From Eledone cirrhosa (Eukaryota), in contig OZ024743.1 in the NCBI GenBank assembly GCA_964016885.1, forward strand, positions 351,974,001-352,038,000: a DNA stretch of 64,000 bases, in the 5' to 3' direction. Made by a program: the position numbers and the translations under genes. The notes under the pieces were generated by a model. It saw only the letters and a list, made by a program, of their open reading frames with translations. It did no database searches and had not been told where the DNA came from. Positions 39,780-53,810 of the stretch are shown here, one piece after another. Each line of letters begins with the position of its first letter. Positions within the stretch are counted from its first letter, which is position 1.

Positions 39780-40630
39780 GAAAAGTTTTACTTGTATCTT
39801 GTTCTCCTGCTCGAGTAGTAGAACGATGTGCTTTATCAGCATTTCGTCTAATTTGGCGCTGTTCCTCAATTTTGTTGTGTAGCAGCAGTCCTTTGTCCTT
39901 TTTCACCCAAACGGTTCTGTCTGTCCACTATTAATTCCTGTGCTGTTGTCATGGGACGCAGCTCCAACACTGCCGTGTTCTAGGCCCAGAGCCCATCACC
40001 CTCTCGCCTTGCCCCTCCTTTTCTTCTGTTGCCCTGGAGTTCTTGCTTTCCCCTCCTTTTTCTCTCATTTACGGCTTTTATAGTCCTTTCCTCTAATTTC
40101 CCATACAGCCAAATCTGCCCTTCTTTACCCCTTCTCCATTCTCATTACTTAATTTCGCTTTTATCTTTCTTTTTCATATTTATGTAATCCTCAATAATTT
40201 TTAAGCCATGTTTGTGAATATTTGTAATGTTATTCTAAAAAAAACATCTGTTTTATATGCGTAACCAGCTTTGATCAATTAAAGAAGTAAATAATTGAAT
40301 TTAAAACAATTATTGTTTTACAGTTGGAGACTATTGAACAATAACCATACTGTGAATTATGTGTCAGAGCCTTTCACACATCATATTGACAGGCAAGATT
40401 TGTATCAAGAAGTGATAAAGTAATTTCTTTAATTTACAATACCTACATAGAACTTCGTGGAGACATTACAACAGAAACAGTAAGTTCATATGGGCATATT
40501 TATCCTATGTATAATGAAACCAAGGAGATTCCATGGTTTAATTAGAAACAGCCACAAAGTAGTAATATGTTGTAGTAATTTGAACTCTAAGTCAGTGTGA
40601 CGACATGTTGACCATGTAGCAGATAGATAT

Positions 40631-42470
40631 CACTGGTCAACAACATTTTCAGTGCATTGATACTGACACTTGATGTTACCTAATTTGAGTGTGCTGAATT
40701 CAAATATGAAGTTAGTTTTCCTCTGATATCTGATAGCTCCAAATTTTTTGCAATTAAGTGTTTTTTATATTTTCCAAAATGTGAATGTTTCTCGTATGAA
40801 GATGCAATCCATCTGAACATTTTATAGTTATAGTATTTCATAGTAGGTGAAAAACAAATATCTTTGCATTGAGGTTCTAGATCTATTCATAAATATGAGT
40901 TAGTATGCCACAATAAGAATTAGGCTACAAAAATAATATTTGATATTCCAATAAATGTTACCATTTGTCAATACAGAAACGTAACTCCGTTATAATAAGT
41001 GTGTACTGTTTTTCAGTAGAAAACATAATTTATATACAATTAATAGGTCAGAAATGGAATAGTATTGAAGGCAAAATAAAAATAGGTCTTATTCAGGCAA
41101 GAATTTTCACTTGTAGCTCTTGTGTTTGTGGACTTTCCCAGGGCAATCTTGCTTAATGGTCCAGCAGTAGTTTGCCATCATATTTTTGTGCCATCTGCCT
41201 TGGTACCACTCTTCCATGGTTCTGCTTTCTTGATGGAAGTATTTTCCATGCTCATCACTAACAGCCCGAGATTCTCAGGAAATTGATCAAGGTGACTATG
41301 CAGCAAATGGATTTTGACACTCATTTTACTCCCAAGATCACGAAAAGCTGACATATTAGTTACAAGAATTTCATAGTCATTTGCTTTTCTGTTACCAAGG
41401 AAATTTTGTATAACTACCACGAATGACAGCCATGCTGCCCTTTCCTTGTCATTCATCTTTCCGATAAATTCCTCATCACACACAACGACACAATTCTGAG
41501 CTCCATCAAACACACCTGCTTTAATCTTCTTGAAGGACAAAGCATGGAATGCAGAGACTATATGTTGAAAACATTCACCATCAGTATTCAATGCTTCCAT
41601 GAATTGCTTCATCAAGCCTAGCTTGATATGGAGTGGTGGGAAAACAATCTTATCTCGACTGATGATTGGATCATTAACAATATTTGTCATGCTTCAAGAG
41701 CATGATGGACCACTCCTTCTGGATCAAGTGTTCCTCTTGAGCTCAGCTGTCCCACATGCAGAGATAGCAAGGATATTTTGTGAAACATTTCTGTTAACCA
41801 AGGAGGAAAGTGACCATTTTCAAGTCTACACAAATGATCCAGTTGTGTTCATGATATTTTAGTAGGTCAATAACTGTTTTTATGTCATTATATTCTTCTC
41901 GTAAATGCACTGAATGACCAACTGGGACAGCTCCATAAACATTGCCATTGTGCTGGAGAACACATGCCAGTAACCTTTGTCTTGACCAGATAAAAATAAC
42001 AGTTAGTTGTGTGATCCCTGGGCTCTCACCACACTATAGGAATTCCATAAGACAGACTCTTCTATTTTCCTTTTGTCCAGTCACGAAGCCTTTCCTCACA
42101 GGTATGACACACAGCATGAGGGTCCATTTTTTTTTGTCTTGGTCACCAAGAGGAATTCTAAAGTAGGATTTATATGCTTGCCTCACAAACAATATTATAT
42201 TACGCCTTTGACGTATAAGTGTGAAGGAGCCACAGACATAGCAGAAGCCATCAGGATTATTCACACATTGACGTTTGCTTGAAGAATCCATGATTAAAAG
42301 CAATGATTAGATCTGATATATCTCGACAGGTCAAAAAAGTATATCTTAAAATTGCAAGAAAACCAGAGCATATAGAGCAAAACTAATTTCAAATTTGAAA
42401 TCAGCACAAAATTGACTGAATACAGTGGGCAACAATTTTTTTCCTTTTTTCCGTGAGATTTGTTCACTGA
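40631..42470 (-). mobile_element. Chapaev3-like (CMC) DNA transposon, degenerate
   Basis: CVNNPDGFCYVCG, YF..PLGDQDK, PPLHIKLGLMKQF, KIKAGVFDG, MSVKIHLLHSHLD.FPENLG. Related subterminal gtgctga(a/t)ttcaaat motifs occur at both ends. Confidence 0.8.
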
Positions 42471-42475
42471 AAAAA

Positions 42476-43452
42476 AAAAAAAAAATTGTTGCCCACTGTA
42501 TTCAGTTTTTCTTTGTCTCAAACTGGACGCAGATTAGTCTGTCTAGAGCAACTGGCTAACTAGAGTTTTTTTTAGATAATATTTGTTTTAGATAATACTT
42601 GATAATGGTGTTTATGTGTGTTTGCTTGCAAAAGTATTATTAAAAATGTATTTACCAAACTTCTGTTGATGTGATGAATTTCTTTGGTGTGGCAGTGAGA
42701 GAAAGAATGAGGTGGAGGGAAGAGAAGCAAAGTGAGAGAGAGAGATCCAAAGGGATCGGTGTGTGAGACAATTAACCACTATATCTTAGCTGATCGGTAG
42801 GAACTTTGCAAATATCACAATTGACTGGGAGCACCTTGGTTCCATGAAAGTATTATCTAAAAAAACTCTAGTTAGCCAGTTGCTCTAGACCAGCGGTTCC
42901 CAACCTTTTATAATAAATTCCACCTTAATGATATAGCAAAAGAGTATGGCGCCCCCAAAAAGAAAATTTTAATATTTGATATAATTTTTTTAAGTAGAAA
43001 TAATTTCGGCATGTCTTTTTATTTCAATCAAATCATTTTAAATTTATTATAAACTTTACTAAAATTTACTAAAATAAATAATATATATCCTGTTATAAAA
43101 ATAAGTTTCTTTACTAAGTTTATTTACTAAAACATAAATTGTTATATCCAGATTTAAATAATTATCAAATGAAGTGAAATCATAATTAGAAAAGGTAGAA
43201 AGTTGATAAAAAGTTGAATATAAAAATTTGAAGCAAGAAAAAGAAAAAATTATGTTAGGAAACTACTCTTCTTTTTTATGTATGCAATTTTGTGATTTTT
43301 AGTTAATTCCCGTGGCTCCCCCAATAACTAGCTATGGCCCACTGGTTGGGAACCAATGCTCTAGACAGACTAACCTGCGTCAATTTGAGACAAAGAAAAA
43401 CTTAATACAGTGGGCAACAATTTTTTTCCTTTTTTCCGTGAGATTTGTTCAT
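42476..43452. mobile_element. Non-autonomous Chapaev3-end foldback element interrupted by a hAT MITE
   Basis: 42476-42581 is inverted at 42851-42890 plus 43367-43425. The termini match the transposon end at 42415-42466. Confidence 0.7.
42891..43358. mobile_element. hAT (Charlie-like) MITE
   Basis: TIRs cagcggttcccaacc/ggttgggaaccaatg; 8-bp TSD ctctagac at 42883-42890 and 43359-43366. Confidence 0.92.
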
Positions 43453-43466
43453 GGAAATATATATAA

Positions 43467-43895
43467 CTTCTCACTGAAATACATCTGTATATAATTGTTC
43501 TGTGCTCCACTGCCTCAACCAGGATGTTTAGGTTTGACCAGGTTTTTATACGTTTGATTATCTTTCATGACTAGGCCAAACATTGTTCTTTATTTGTTGG
43601 GTCCATGTGAAAACATGGACTTTTCTTAGCTGCCATGGCAGAAAATGTGTTGTTGCTGTTCGTGTTGCTGTTGTTGTTGTTGTTGCTGTCTGTGTCATTT
43701 ATTTTATTGTTCACATTGTTGTTGTCGTCGTCGTCGGCGTCGTCGTCGTCGCCGCTGCTGCTGCTGTCGCTCTTGTTGTTGTTGTTGTTGTTGTTGTTGC
43801 TGTTGCTGCTGCTGCTGCTGTTGCTGCCATTGTTATTGTCGTTGTTTTTATTAGTACTATTGTTATTGATGTTCATGTTGTGACTGATGTTGTTG
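43467..43895 (-). repeat. Direct duplicate of 53367-53808 (Asn-rich ORF1 N-terminus of an old Tx1-like LINE)
   Basis: Near-identical sequence encoding NNTFSAMAAKK.PCFHMDPTNKEQCLA*. Confidence 0.85.
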
Positions 43896-43992
43896 CAACA
43901 ACTTTTTTCCTTTTTAAAATAAAGTACCAGTAATACACTGGAATAATTGCTGGCCTTGTGCCTAAAAGTAGAAACAATTATTATTATTATTA

Positions 43993-46900
43993 TGGACACA
44001 CATGTGTGAAGACAGTACAAATCTGCGGAGAAAAAGGTTCGTAACTTTAAGCTGTTTTAGAGTGTCATTATTTTGTTTTTTCTTATCGTTAACGAAACTT
44101 AAGGTACACGTCTCGATTTAAAGAGAGGGAGACCTCTCAATATTCGGGCTTTACGCACGAATATTCAGATTTATTTTTTTTAAAACTTCGAAAAAAATCG
44201 CTTCCCCACCCAAAAAATATATGGAAATTTTCGACCTTGAAATGGTAAACAACGTTCAGGTCAAAAGTCGCCATCACCGCCACCACCACAACAACAACAA
44301 CAACTCAGAGCAATAATGACAATAACACCGACAGCTTCAATGTAAACACGGATGGCGGTGGTAACAGCATCAACAAACAAAACAACAACAACAACACCAA
44401 TAACAGCAAGAATGACAACACCAACAACAAGAGCATCAGAAGCACCACATTTGCTGCAGCAGCAGCAAAATCAAAACGCTTATTGAATATTGATATTGAT
44501 ATTAGCGATAAAGACGAACAGTTGGCCCAAGCGTGCAAGTCCTGGACAAACCTGACCACGCCGGACGAGGCAATAGCGGCCATGCAAAGGAGGGCGGTGT
44601 ACTTTAGTTGCATTTCGGTGCAGACACGAAAAGTGGAACTTGCCAGCCAAGCAGAGATCTAGGCTGCTTTGGAGTACATCGGAAGTAACATAGAGTATAA
44701 AGCAAGAGCCAAACAGTTCGGTACCATCTCGGTACTGTTCAAAACCGAGGCCCTCGCTATTAAACACTCGGTGACACCCTGCAGAACGGAATGCATTATC
44801 ATGCATCCGTCCTACATGGGTAAAAGGACAGTAAAGGTCCGCATTCCCAGCATCTCACCAGGAATGAACATATGGTGGCTGCTGGGATGCGTAATCGAGG
44901 AGGGGACAGACACTACCCTCCTGGATATCAAAAGGACAGAGAGAGAGGACTGGTCCGGAATGGATTTGGAGATTCTTCTCCAAATGAAACCGGAGGACAT
45001 GAACAACATCCCGGATTTTTCCCGCCTGACGGAAGAAGGCCGCGCTGCTTCGTCTGCGGGGAAGCAACGCATCTGCAAGCCTTCTGCCCTCAGTGCAAAA
45101 ATGCAGGGGGTCGCAAACCTCCTTTGTTGCCAACGACAGTATCAGCACGGAAAGCTGCACCACCACCACCACCAAAAACAACACCAACAAAGACACGGAC
45201 ACCAACATCAAAAACAGCCAGATCACCACCAACACCAAAACCAATCCAAGGGGAAAACGAGGAAAGCTCTCTCACTCCCCCTACCCCCCCCAATTATACA
45301 TATAAACAAAACAATAAACGCACACACAGACACAGATACACTCACAGCCACAGACCCCTTGTCTTCCAGCAACGAAGATGAAGGAATCCCAAAAGTGCAA
45401 AAAAAAAACAGAGAAAACTCACCAAAAAAAAAAAGCCCCAACAAAACGCAAAAACATACACAACAAAAAATATAGACACCACTAACGCAAACGCTTCCCC
45501 AATAACATCAGCACCAACAGCAACATCGACACCACCCTCACAATCCCCGAAACGCAAACAACCTAAACAAACACAAGTACAAATAAACACACAAATACCT
45601 GAAATTGCAGACACCACACCTACAACAAACACAGACATACCCGAAACAACACCACCAAAACCATCACCACCACAGTCACCAAAACGAAAACAAATAAAAC
45701 CACACCAACAAAATGTTAAAAACTTCGTGCTTGTCAGAAGGGCCAACGATAGACTGATGGCCCTCTTAGCACGAAGCGAAGACATTCAAACAGAGGGGGA
45801 GATTTTTGAAATGAGCACATTTTGCGTGCCAGAAGATTTGCTTCTGGTCCGAATGTCACTCAATTCCTTCAAAGAAATTCGAGAGAGCTTTCCTCAAGAC
45901 GTGGGAACCCCGAATGTGAAACCCACATCGAGACTCTTAAAGGGGTTCCCAAAAGAAACCCCACCAACCACGGAGATCGAACCACCCGACCTTCACAAGA
46001 CCCCGGGAGGTAAGTAAACCTTCCCTCTCTCTCTTAGCTTACCAACATGGCCATATTAAGAGTAGGAAGTTTAAATGTTCGCGGACTGGGGTCACCCTGG
46101 AAGTAGGGTCGCCTGCTCAACGACCTCAGGTCGCTGGAAATTGATGTGATTGACGTCAGCGAGACCAGAATTTCCGACACGCGCGCACTAGCCCCCATTT
46201 TCGACGACTATCAGATCTTCGCATCTGTTAGCAGACCGGGAATGGGGGGGGGGGGGCAGTGCTGTTTAGAAAAGGACTGGATCTCGAAGTAAGGTCGATC
46301 TTCCGGGACCCGCATGGTAAGTTGGTGGTCTTGGATGTGAGCAGTAGCGAAGGTGGTGCCTTTAGACTGCTGGCCGTCTACGCCCCTACAGGGGCCGGAC
46401 GACCGGACTTCTTTAGGCGCCTGGAGACCTTTCTGGGTACGTCTCGCCCTTTACTGTTAGCGGGGGACTGGAATGGCATCTTAGACGCCCGCTGGGATTG
46501 TGTGGGAGTAGCCGATAGGAGCGGGGGGTGCAAAAGCCTCAAGCACCTACTCAACCAGTTCCAACTGTCTGACAGGTATCGATTAGATTCCCCCAATGTG
46601 CCAGTATGGACGTGGACCAACCGAATGGGGTCATCTAGATCGTATATAGACAGGATCTTCATTAGAAAAATAGATAGAAATAGTGTGGGCTGTCCACTTT
46701 TTAAAACGGTCGCCTATTCAGATCACAAATATGTGATCTGTACGGTCGACCTAGATAAAACGCGTAGGTTAGGACCGGGTTACTGGAAGCTGAATATGTC
46801 ATTTCCGGCACGTAAGGCTTACAGGGACCGAGTCAACAATTAGTTAAGCAAAAGTTGACAGGGGGGTCATCAACAACAGATGGTGGAGGGCTCTCAAAAG

Positions 46901-49728
46901 AGAGATTAGAGTAACTTCGATAGAGTTCAGTAAAGAACTGGCGTTAGAGAAAAATAGAAAGGAGGGGGAGCTGGTAGATAAGTTAGACGAGGCTATTTGT
47001 AGTGGCATTGCAACTGACGTGCTAGCGGCGAGAATGGCATTAGACCATTTCTTCAATGTGAAACGCGAAGGTTGCATTGTCAGAGCTAAGGCGCGTGCGC
47101 TGAGAAACGAGGCAACCAAAGCTGTTCGATGGGCCCGGGTGGTGGAGGCGCAGCGTGGTAATAAAACCACAATTCGGTCTTTGGCGAACCGAGACGGACA
47201 CGAGATAAGCGATTCCAAGCGGATGTGTGAGGCCTTTCACCAACACTTTGCTCGGATGTTCGGGGAGAGTGGCGAGTCAGAGAGAGTAGCGGATTTCAGT
47301 CCCTACCTTGACGGCTCGCCGCGCATCTCGACGGCCGACGCTGAGCGCTGCGAAAGGCCGATTACTTCAGCTGAAATTCAGGACGCCCTTGTCAGCTGCA
47401 GGAGGCGCAAGTCACCCGGTTTGGATGGCCTACCCTACGAGCTTTACGTAAATATGCCAGACTTGTTCTCTGATCTCCTCGAAGCACTCTACTGCAACTG
47501 ACAGCATAATAGGTGTATTCCCAGTTCGGTGAGCAGGGGAGTGGTGACGCTAAGGAAAGACGAGAACAAGAGGGATACATTAGACAACTTCAGGCCCATA
47601 ACTCTGCTCAACACAGAGTTTAAGATTTTGGCCAAGGTGTTAGCAAAGAGATTGGCGCTTGTCGTCGAGGATTTAGTTGGGGAGGCGCAAACTTGCGCAA
47701 TCCCAGCCAGGTCCATACACAACAATCTCCACCTCATGCGATACATCATAGAGAGGGTAGGGTGTAAATCTGGCTTCGGTGGGGCACTAATCAATTTAGA
47801 TCAATCGAAAGCATTTGATAGGGTCGACCATCGGTATCTGGAGTTTGTCCTCAAAGCAGCTGGCTTCGGCCCTGTCTTCAGAAGCTGGAACGCAGCTATG
47901 CACAGCGGCACACGCTCGGTGGTCAAGGTTAATGGCCACCTCTCGGAACCATTTCGGCTCTCCCGATCGGTCCGTCAAGGGTGCCCTCTCTCTTCCCTTC
48001 TGTACGTATTGACTCTCGACCCTTTACTGCGGAAGCTGGAGCTGTCGCAGGGCATCCCGCTCGAACCGGGACGTGGAAAGGCGGTGTCGGCTTATGCGGA
48101 CCACATCACCGTGATGGTGTCGAACACCTTATTGGTCGGCACCTTATTGAAGGAATATGAAAGGTTGACAGGAGTCAAACTTAACCCGGAAAAGTCGGTG
48201 GGCTTGCAGCTCGGAACCTGGAGAGGCAAGCCCATGTCGTCCAACAGCGTCGTGATGCGCTGGACGGATGGACTGGTAAAGTTGCTCGGATTTGGTTCGG
48301 ACCAGACCTCCAGGTGGAAAAGAATTTGGACGAGGTAACGAGCAGAATAGCCAGTCTCACCCAAAAATGGGCTGGGAGGAAGCTATCACTGAAAGGTCGC
48401 GCAGAGGTGGCGAATGCGAACATCGCGTCCGTCATCTACTACCACCTGACCGTCGTGCTTTGCCCCCGCCCGCGCCTCGTCAAGTTGGAATGGCTCCTCT
48501 TCAAATTCTTGTGGAGGGGACACGTTCCGTTGGTGAGGCGGTCCATCTGCTGCCAGCACCCTCTACGCGGAGGGCTGGGAATGCCGTGGCTAATGATGCG
48601 CAGACATGCGTTGAGGCTGCGATATCTCCAGATATTCTACCTCAACGGTGAACAGGTGTGGTCGCCGTTTATCAGACGGGCCTTTCCGCAGCTCATTTCT
48701 TTGACTGAGCTGCAGTCCTGGGTCAAGAAGAGACCGAGACTGGGTGACTGGCACCTGGAATGTTGCCAGGCACTCACTGCCCTCTACCAAGCGGGCAATG
48801 CGATCAGTGGAACTTCCACTCTTGAGTTCTATAGAGGATTAGTGGTGGGCAAGTGCGAAAACGAACTCAGAGAAGCTTTGGGCCTCGACGAAGTCGAACT
48901 GACCAGTCTGTACCGGAGGACTTTTGAGCCAGGGACGATGGATAATTTCCAGAAATCCCTCGCTTGCCAGTGCTACCGGGGGGCACTGCCAGTTCGGGAT
49001 AAACTCTACAAGCATGGAAGTGCTGTCAGACGGACCTGCCCAAGATGCGCACAGAACGACGAAACCGTTCTGCACGCACTTGTCCAATGTCCGTGCATTA
49101 CTTACTTGTGGAGTTATGTCGAACAGCTACTGTCGCGTGTGGAACGAATCCGGCTATCGGCCGAGTCCATAGTGAAGATCGACCCGCCGCCTTCCTTACG
49201 TCAGGAAGAGCAGGAAATTTTCCTCTGTCTTGTGGCAGTTGCGAAAGAGGTTATATGGTGGACCAGGTTAAAAGGACTGAAGACAGACACTTTTCTCTTC
49301 GGCCAATCCCTCATCAACTTCTTCAAGTTTCACCTGGAAAGGAAGGTGAGGGTGGAGAGAGAAGTGCTGCCCCCCAGTACATTTGCTAAAAGGTGGGTGA
49401 TTGTGGCGAGAATGGCTCGTGTGAATGGGCCTACTCTGACAATGCGCCTATAGGCTAGCTAACTTGAGGAGAGGGGTGCTCTCCCTGGGTGCTCTAGAAG
49501 CGCAGGGTGGTTCAGGATTGGTGGGGTACCCGAGTCACCCCGGGGTCGTCCATCCCCTATCGGGGAATTTATTTTGTTATACTTATGCATATTTTTTTTA
49601 TATTTTTATATCTTCATTGTTAAATTAGTCTTGCCATTGTGCACTTTTACTCGACCTTATTGTAAACCCCGACTGTCCCTGTCTTTGTATTGTCCCCTAC
49701 ACGTCGGCCCTTGTGGCTAATAAATGAA

Positions 49729-49772
<44 letters not shown>
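43993..49772 (+). mobile_element. Full-length Tx1/L1-clade LINE, inactivated
   Basis: 5' UTR; ORF1 about 44221-46017 (Asn-rich start, CFVCGEATHLQAFC knuckle); ORF2 46047-49453 (SLNVRG, VYAP, GDWN, SDH, RT motifs, C-terminal CCHC); (ATT)n tail. Contains stops and frameshifts. Confidence 0.95.
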
Positions 49773-49773
<1 letters not shown>

Positions 49774-49799
49774 TCTGACCTTGTGCCAAAAGTAGAAAT

Positions 49800-52700
49800 A
49801 ATTATTGTTATTTCTTTTTGTTTACCACAAGGGCCAACAAAAATGGAGACAATATAATAGATAAGGACAGTGGGGCTCACAATTAATCAAGTAGAAAGAA
49901 ATTAACAAACAAATAACAATAGACAACAGAATTACAACACTAGGGGGATGACCACCTAGGGTGATTTAGGAACCCTTCAAATCCTATAAACTACTTGATG
50001 CTCGAAGAGCGCACAAAAAGGGCGCCTTCTCGTCTCTAAATGAACCAGCCTACAGGCAAATGCTCTGAGTAGACCTATTCACAAAGGACATTCTTACAAC
50101 ATTCACCCACCTTTTAACAAATGTACTGGGGAGCAGCACTTTTCTCTCCGCCCTCACCTTCCTTTCCAAGTGAAACTTGAAAAAGTTGATGAGGATTGGC
50201 CAAAGAGGAAAGTCTCTGACTTCAGTCTTTTCAACTTGGTCCACCACACAACCTCTTTCACAACGGCCACCAGACAGAGAAAAACTGCCTGCTGTTCCCA
50301 ACCAAAAGAAGGCAGCAGAGCAATTTTCACTATGGACTCAGTGGATAGCCAAATCAGTCTTTCTTACATAAAACAAAAGCCGTTTAACATTAGTCCACAA
50401 GTCAGTAATGCACAGACACTGGATGAGTGCGTGCAGAATGGTTTTGTTGTTCTGTGAGCATCTCGAGCAGGTCCATCTAACAGCGTTTCCATGCCTGTAG
50501 AGTTTATCTCAAACTAGCAGTGCCCTCCGGTAGCACTGCCAAGCAAGGGATTTCTGGAAGTTATCCATAGTTCCCAGCTCGAAAGTCCTCCAGAACAGAC
50601 TGGTCAGTTCAATTTTGTCAAAGACCAGCACCTCTCCAAGAACATCGTCACACTTGCCTGCCACTAATCCTCTATAGAACTCGAGAGTGGAATTTCCACT
50701 GACTACTTTGCCTTCTTGGTGGAAGGCATTGAGTGTCTGGCAACATTACAGATGACAAGCACCCAGTCTTGGGCCCTTCATGACCCAGGACTACAGCTAG
50801 GCCAGAGAGATGAACTGCAGAAAGCCTGTCTTGCAAATGGCGACCATACATGTCCATTGTTTAAGAATATCTGGAGATGCTATAGCCTCAGTGTGTGTTT
50901 GCACATCATCAGTTACGGTATGCCCAGACCTCCATATAGAGGGTGGTGGCAGAAGATGGACTGCCTTACCAATGGAACCTGTCCCTTCCACAAAAAATGA
51001 AAAGGCAGATGTTCCAATTTGTTGAGGCACAATGGTCAGGCGGTAGTAGATGATGGACACAATGTACGGCTTCACCACCTCTGCTTGGCCTTTCAGAGAT
51101 AGCTTCCTCTCAGCCCATTCCTGGGTGAGAGTGACTGCCCTTCTTGTTATCTTGTCCCAGTTTGTATCCCCCTGGAGGTCCAGTCTGAACTAGACCTCAA
51201 CCTACTTCACTGATCCATATGTCCAGTGTCCAACAACACTGTTAAATGGCATCGATTTGCCTCTCCAGGTGCCGTGCTGCTAACCCACAGTCTATTCCAG
51301 TTTCAGTTTTGCTCCTGTCAACCTTTCATATTCTTCTAAGAAGGTACCAACCACCTCAATTTCCGTGGTGTTCAATATCATCATGGTGATGCCATCTGCA
51401 TATGCCAACACAGCCCTCCCACATCGCGGTTCAAGTGGGATGTCCTGCAATAGCTCCAAATTCTGCAGTAAAGGCTCAAGAGTCAATACATACAGAAGGG
51501 AGGAGAGACCAATTGCGAGACCTGAAACGGTTCCAAGAGGTGGCCATTTACTTTGAGCATTGAGCAGATACCACTGTGCAATGCTGCAATCCACCCTCTG
51601 AAGACAGTTGCCTTGAGTACAGCCTCCAGGTATCGATGGTTGACCCTATCGAAAGCTTTCAATTGATCTAAATTGATCATAACCCCATCAAAGCCAGGTT
51701 TATACCCTACCCTCTCTATAATGTATCACATAAGGTTGAGGACGTCATGTATGGAGCTAATCAGGATTGTGCAATTTTCCATCTCCCCTTCCAGACTCTC
51801 ATCAAGCACCAAACTCTTCGCTAACATCTAGGCCAAAATCTTAAGTTACGGGCCTGAAATTATCTAAAGTATCCTTCTTGTCCTTATCTTTCCTCATCAG
51901 CGTTGCTACGCCCTGGCTCACAGAACTGGGAATACTCCTTTTCTGATGTCACCTGCAGAAGACTACTTTGAGGAGATCAGAGAACAATTCTAACATTTCT
52001 TTGTAAAATTCGTAGCACAGTTCATCCAAACCTGGTGACTTCCACTTCGTGCAACCAACCAGGGCATCCCAAATCTCGGTTGATATTATTGGCCTTTCGC
52101 AGCACTGAGCATTGGCTGGGAAGAGTTGTGGGAGGCTGTCGAAGTAGGAAATTCGAATAGCTGAGCAAAATGCTGGCAAAAGGCCGCACACATCTGCCTG
52201 GGGTCATTCAGCATGCGTTTGTACACTAGTAATACCAGTTCTAATCGTCTCATCTAATTTAGCTATTTTTTCCTAGTGCTACTTCTTTACTAAAGCCTAT
52301 TGACATTACTCTAATCTCTCTATTGAGAGCCCCCCACCTGTTGTTACCCCCTCCCCCTCTGTCAACTTACACTTAACTAAAGTGGTAACCCAGTCCCTGT
52401 AGTCTTTAAATGCCAGAAACGACATGTTCAGCTTCCAGTAACCAAGTTCAAACCTACGTGTCCTATCTAGGTCGACCATGAAGATCACAAATTTGTGATC
52501 TGAATAGGCAAATGTCTGAAAATGTGGACAACCTATACTATCGATATCTATTGACCTAATAAATAACCTATCTATATATGATACAAATGACCCTATGCGG
52601 TTGGTCCAGGTCCACATTGGCACATTAGGGAAATCTAGTTGGTACTTGTCAGTCAGTTCAAAATGGCTGATCAAGTACTTGAGGCTTTTGCACCCCCTGC

Positions 52701-53810
52701 TCCTATCAGCTACTCCCATACAATCCCAACGTGCTTCTAAGATGCTATTCCAGCCCCCTGTGAACAGTAAAGGGTGAGACTTTCCCAAAAATGCTTCCAG
52801 GCACCTAAAGAAATCTGGTCGTCCAGGTCCAATCAGGGTCATAAACAGTCACCAATCTAAAGGCAACCCCTTTGCTATTGCAACAGGACCACCAATTTAT
52901 CATCCGGGTCCAGGATGATTGACCTCACTTTCAGTTCCATGCCTTTCCTAAACAGCACTGCCAACCCATCTCCCATTCCAAGCTGAGTAAGATACGTGAA
53001 CATCTGTTAGTCATTGAAAGTGGGGGTTAGTGCATGCATGTCTGAAATCCTGGTCTCACTGATGGCAGTCACATCCATATCTGGTGACTTAAGGTTGTTC
53101 AGCAGATGACCCTACCTCCAGGACAACTCCAGGCTGTAACCATTCAAGCATCCTATTCTTATGATGGCCATATTGGCTGGCTAAAAGAGAGAGGAAAGGT
53201 TTACTGGGGCTTGTGGAGGTCGAGTGGTTCGGCCACCATGATTGGTGGGTCTTCAGACTTAAACAGCACTGAGATGGAGATAAATTTCCTGCCCCTTGTC
53301 TTGATCTCACTGTCATCCTTGCTGCACTTCAGTGCGGCTTCAATGTCAGCTTGAGGGGTCAACTTCACTTCTCACTGAAATACATCTGTATATAATTGTT
53401 CTGTGCTCCACTGCCTCAGCCAGGATGTTTAGGTTTGCCCAGGTTTTTATACGTTTGATTATCTTTCATGACTAGGCCAAACATTGTTCTTTATTTGTTG
53501 GGTCCATGTGAAAACATGGCCTTTTCTTAGCTGCCATGGCAGAAAATGTGTTGTTGTTGTTCGTGTTGCTGTTGTTGTTGCTGTCTGTGTCATTTATTTT
53601 ATTGTTCACATTGTTGTTGTTTTTGTTGTTGTTGTTCTTGCTGGTAAAGGTTGTGTTGGTCATTTTGTTGTCGTTGTTCACGTTGTTGTTGTTGCTGCTG
53701 TTGTTGCTGCCATTGTTATTGTCATTGTTGTTGTTGCTGCCATTGTTATTGTCGTTGGTGTTATTAGTGCTATTGTTATTGATGTTCATGTTGTGACTGA
53801 TGTTGTTGTG
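49800..53810 (-). mobile_element. Older degenerate Tx1/L1-clade LINE, tail-to-tail with the younger copy
   Basis: Homologous EN, RT and C-terminal fragments (YSDHKFV, GYWKLN, DQLKAFDRV, AYADG, FFKFHLERKVR). Confidence 0.85.

Noticed and set aside
43583-43933. Hydrophobic or poly-Cys ORFs (also 53484-53825)
   Set aside because: Antisense frames of the AAC-rich LINE ORF1 start.
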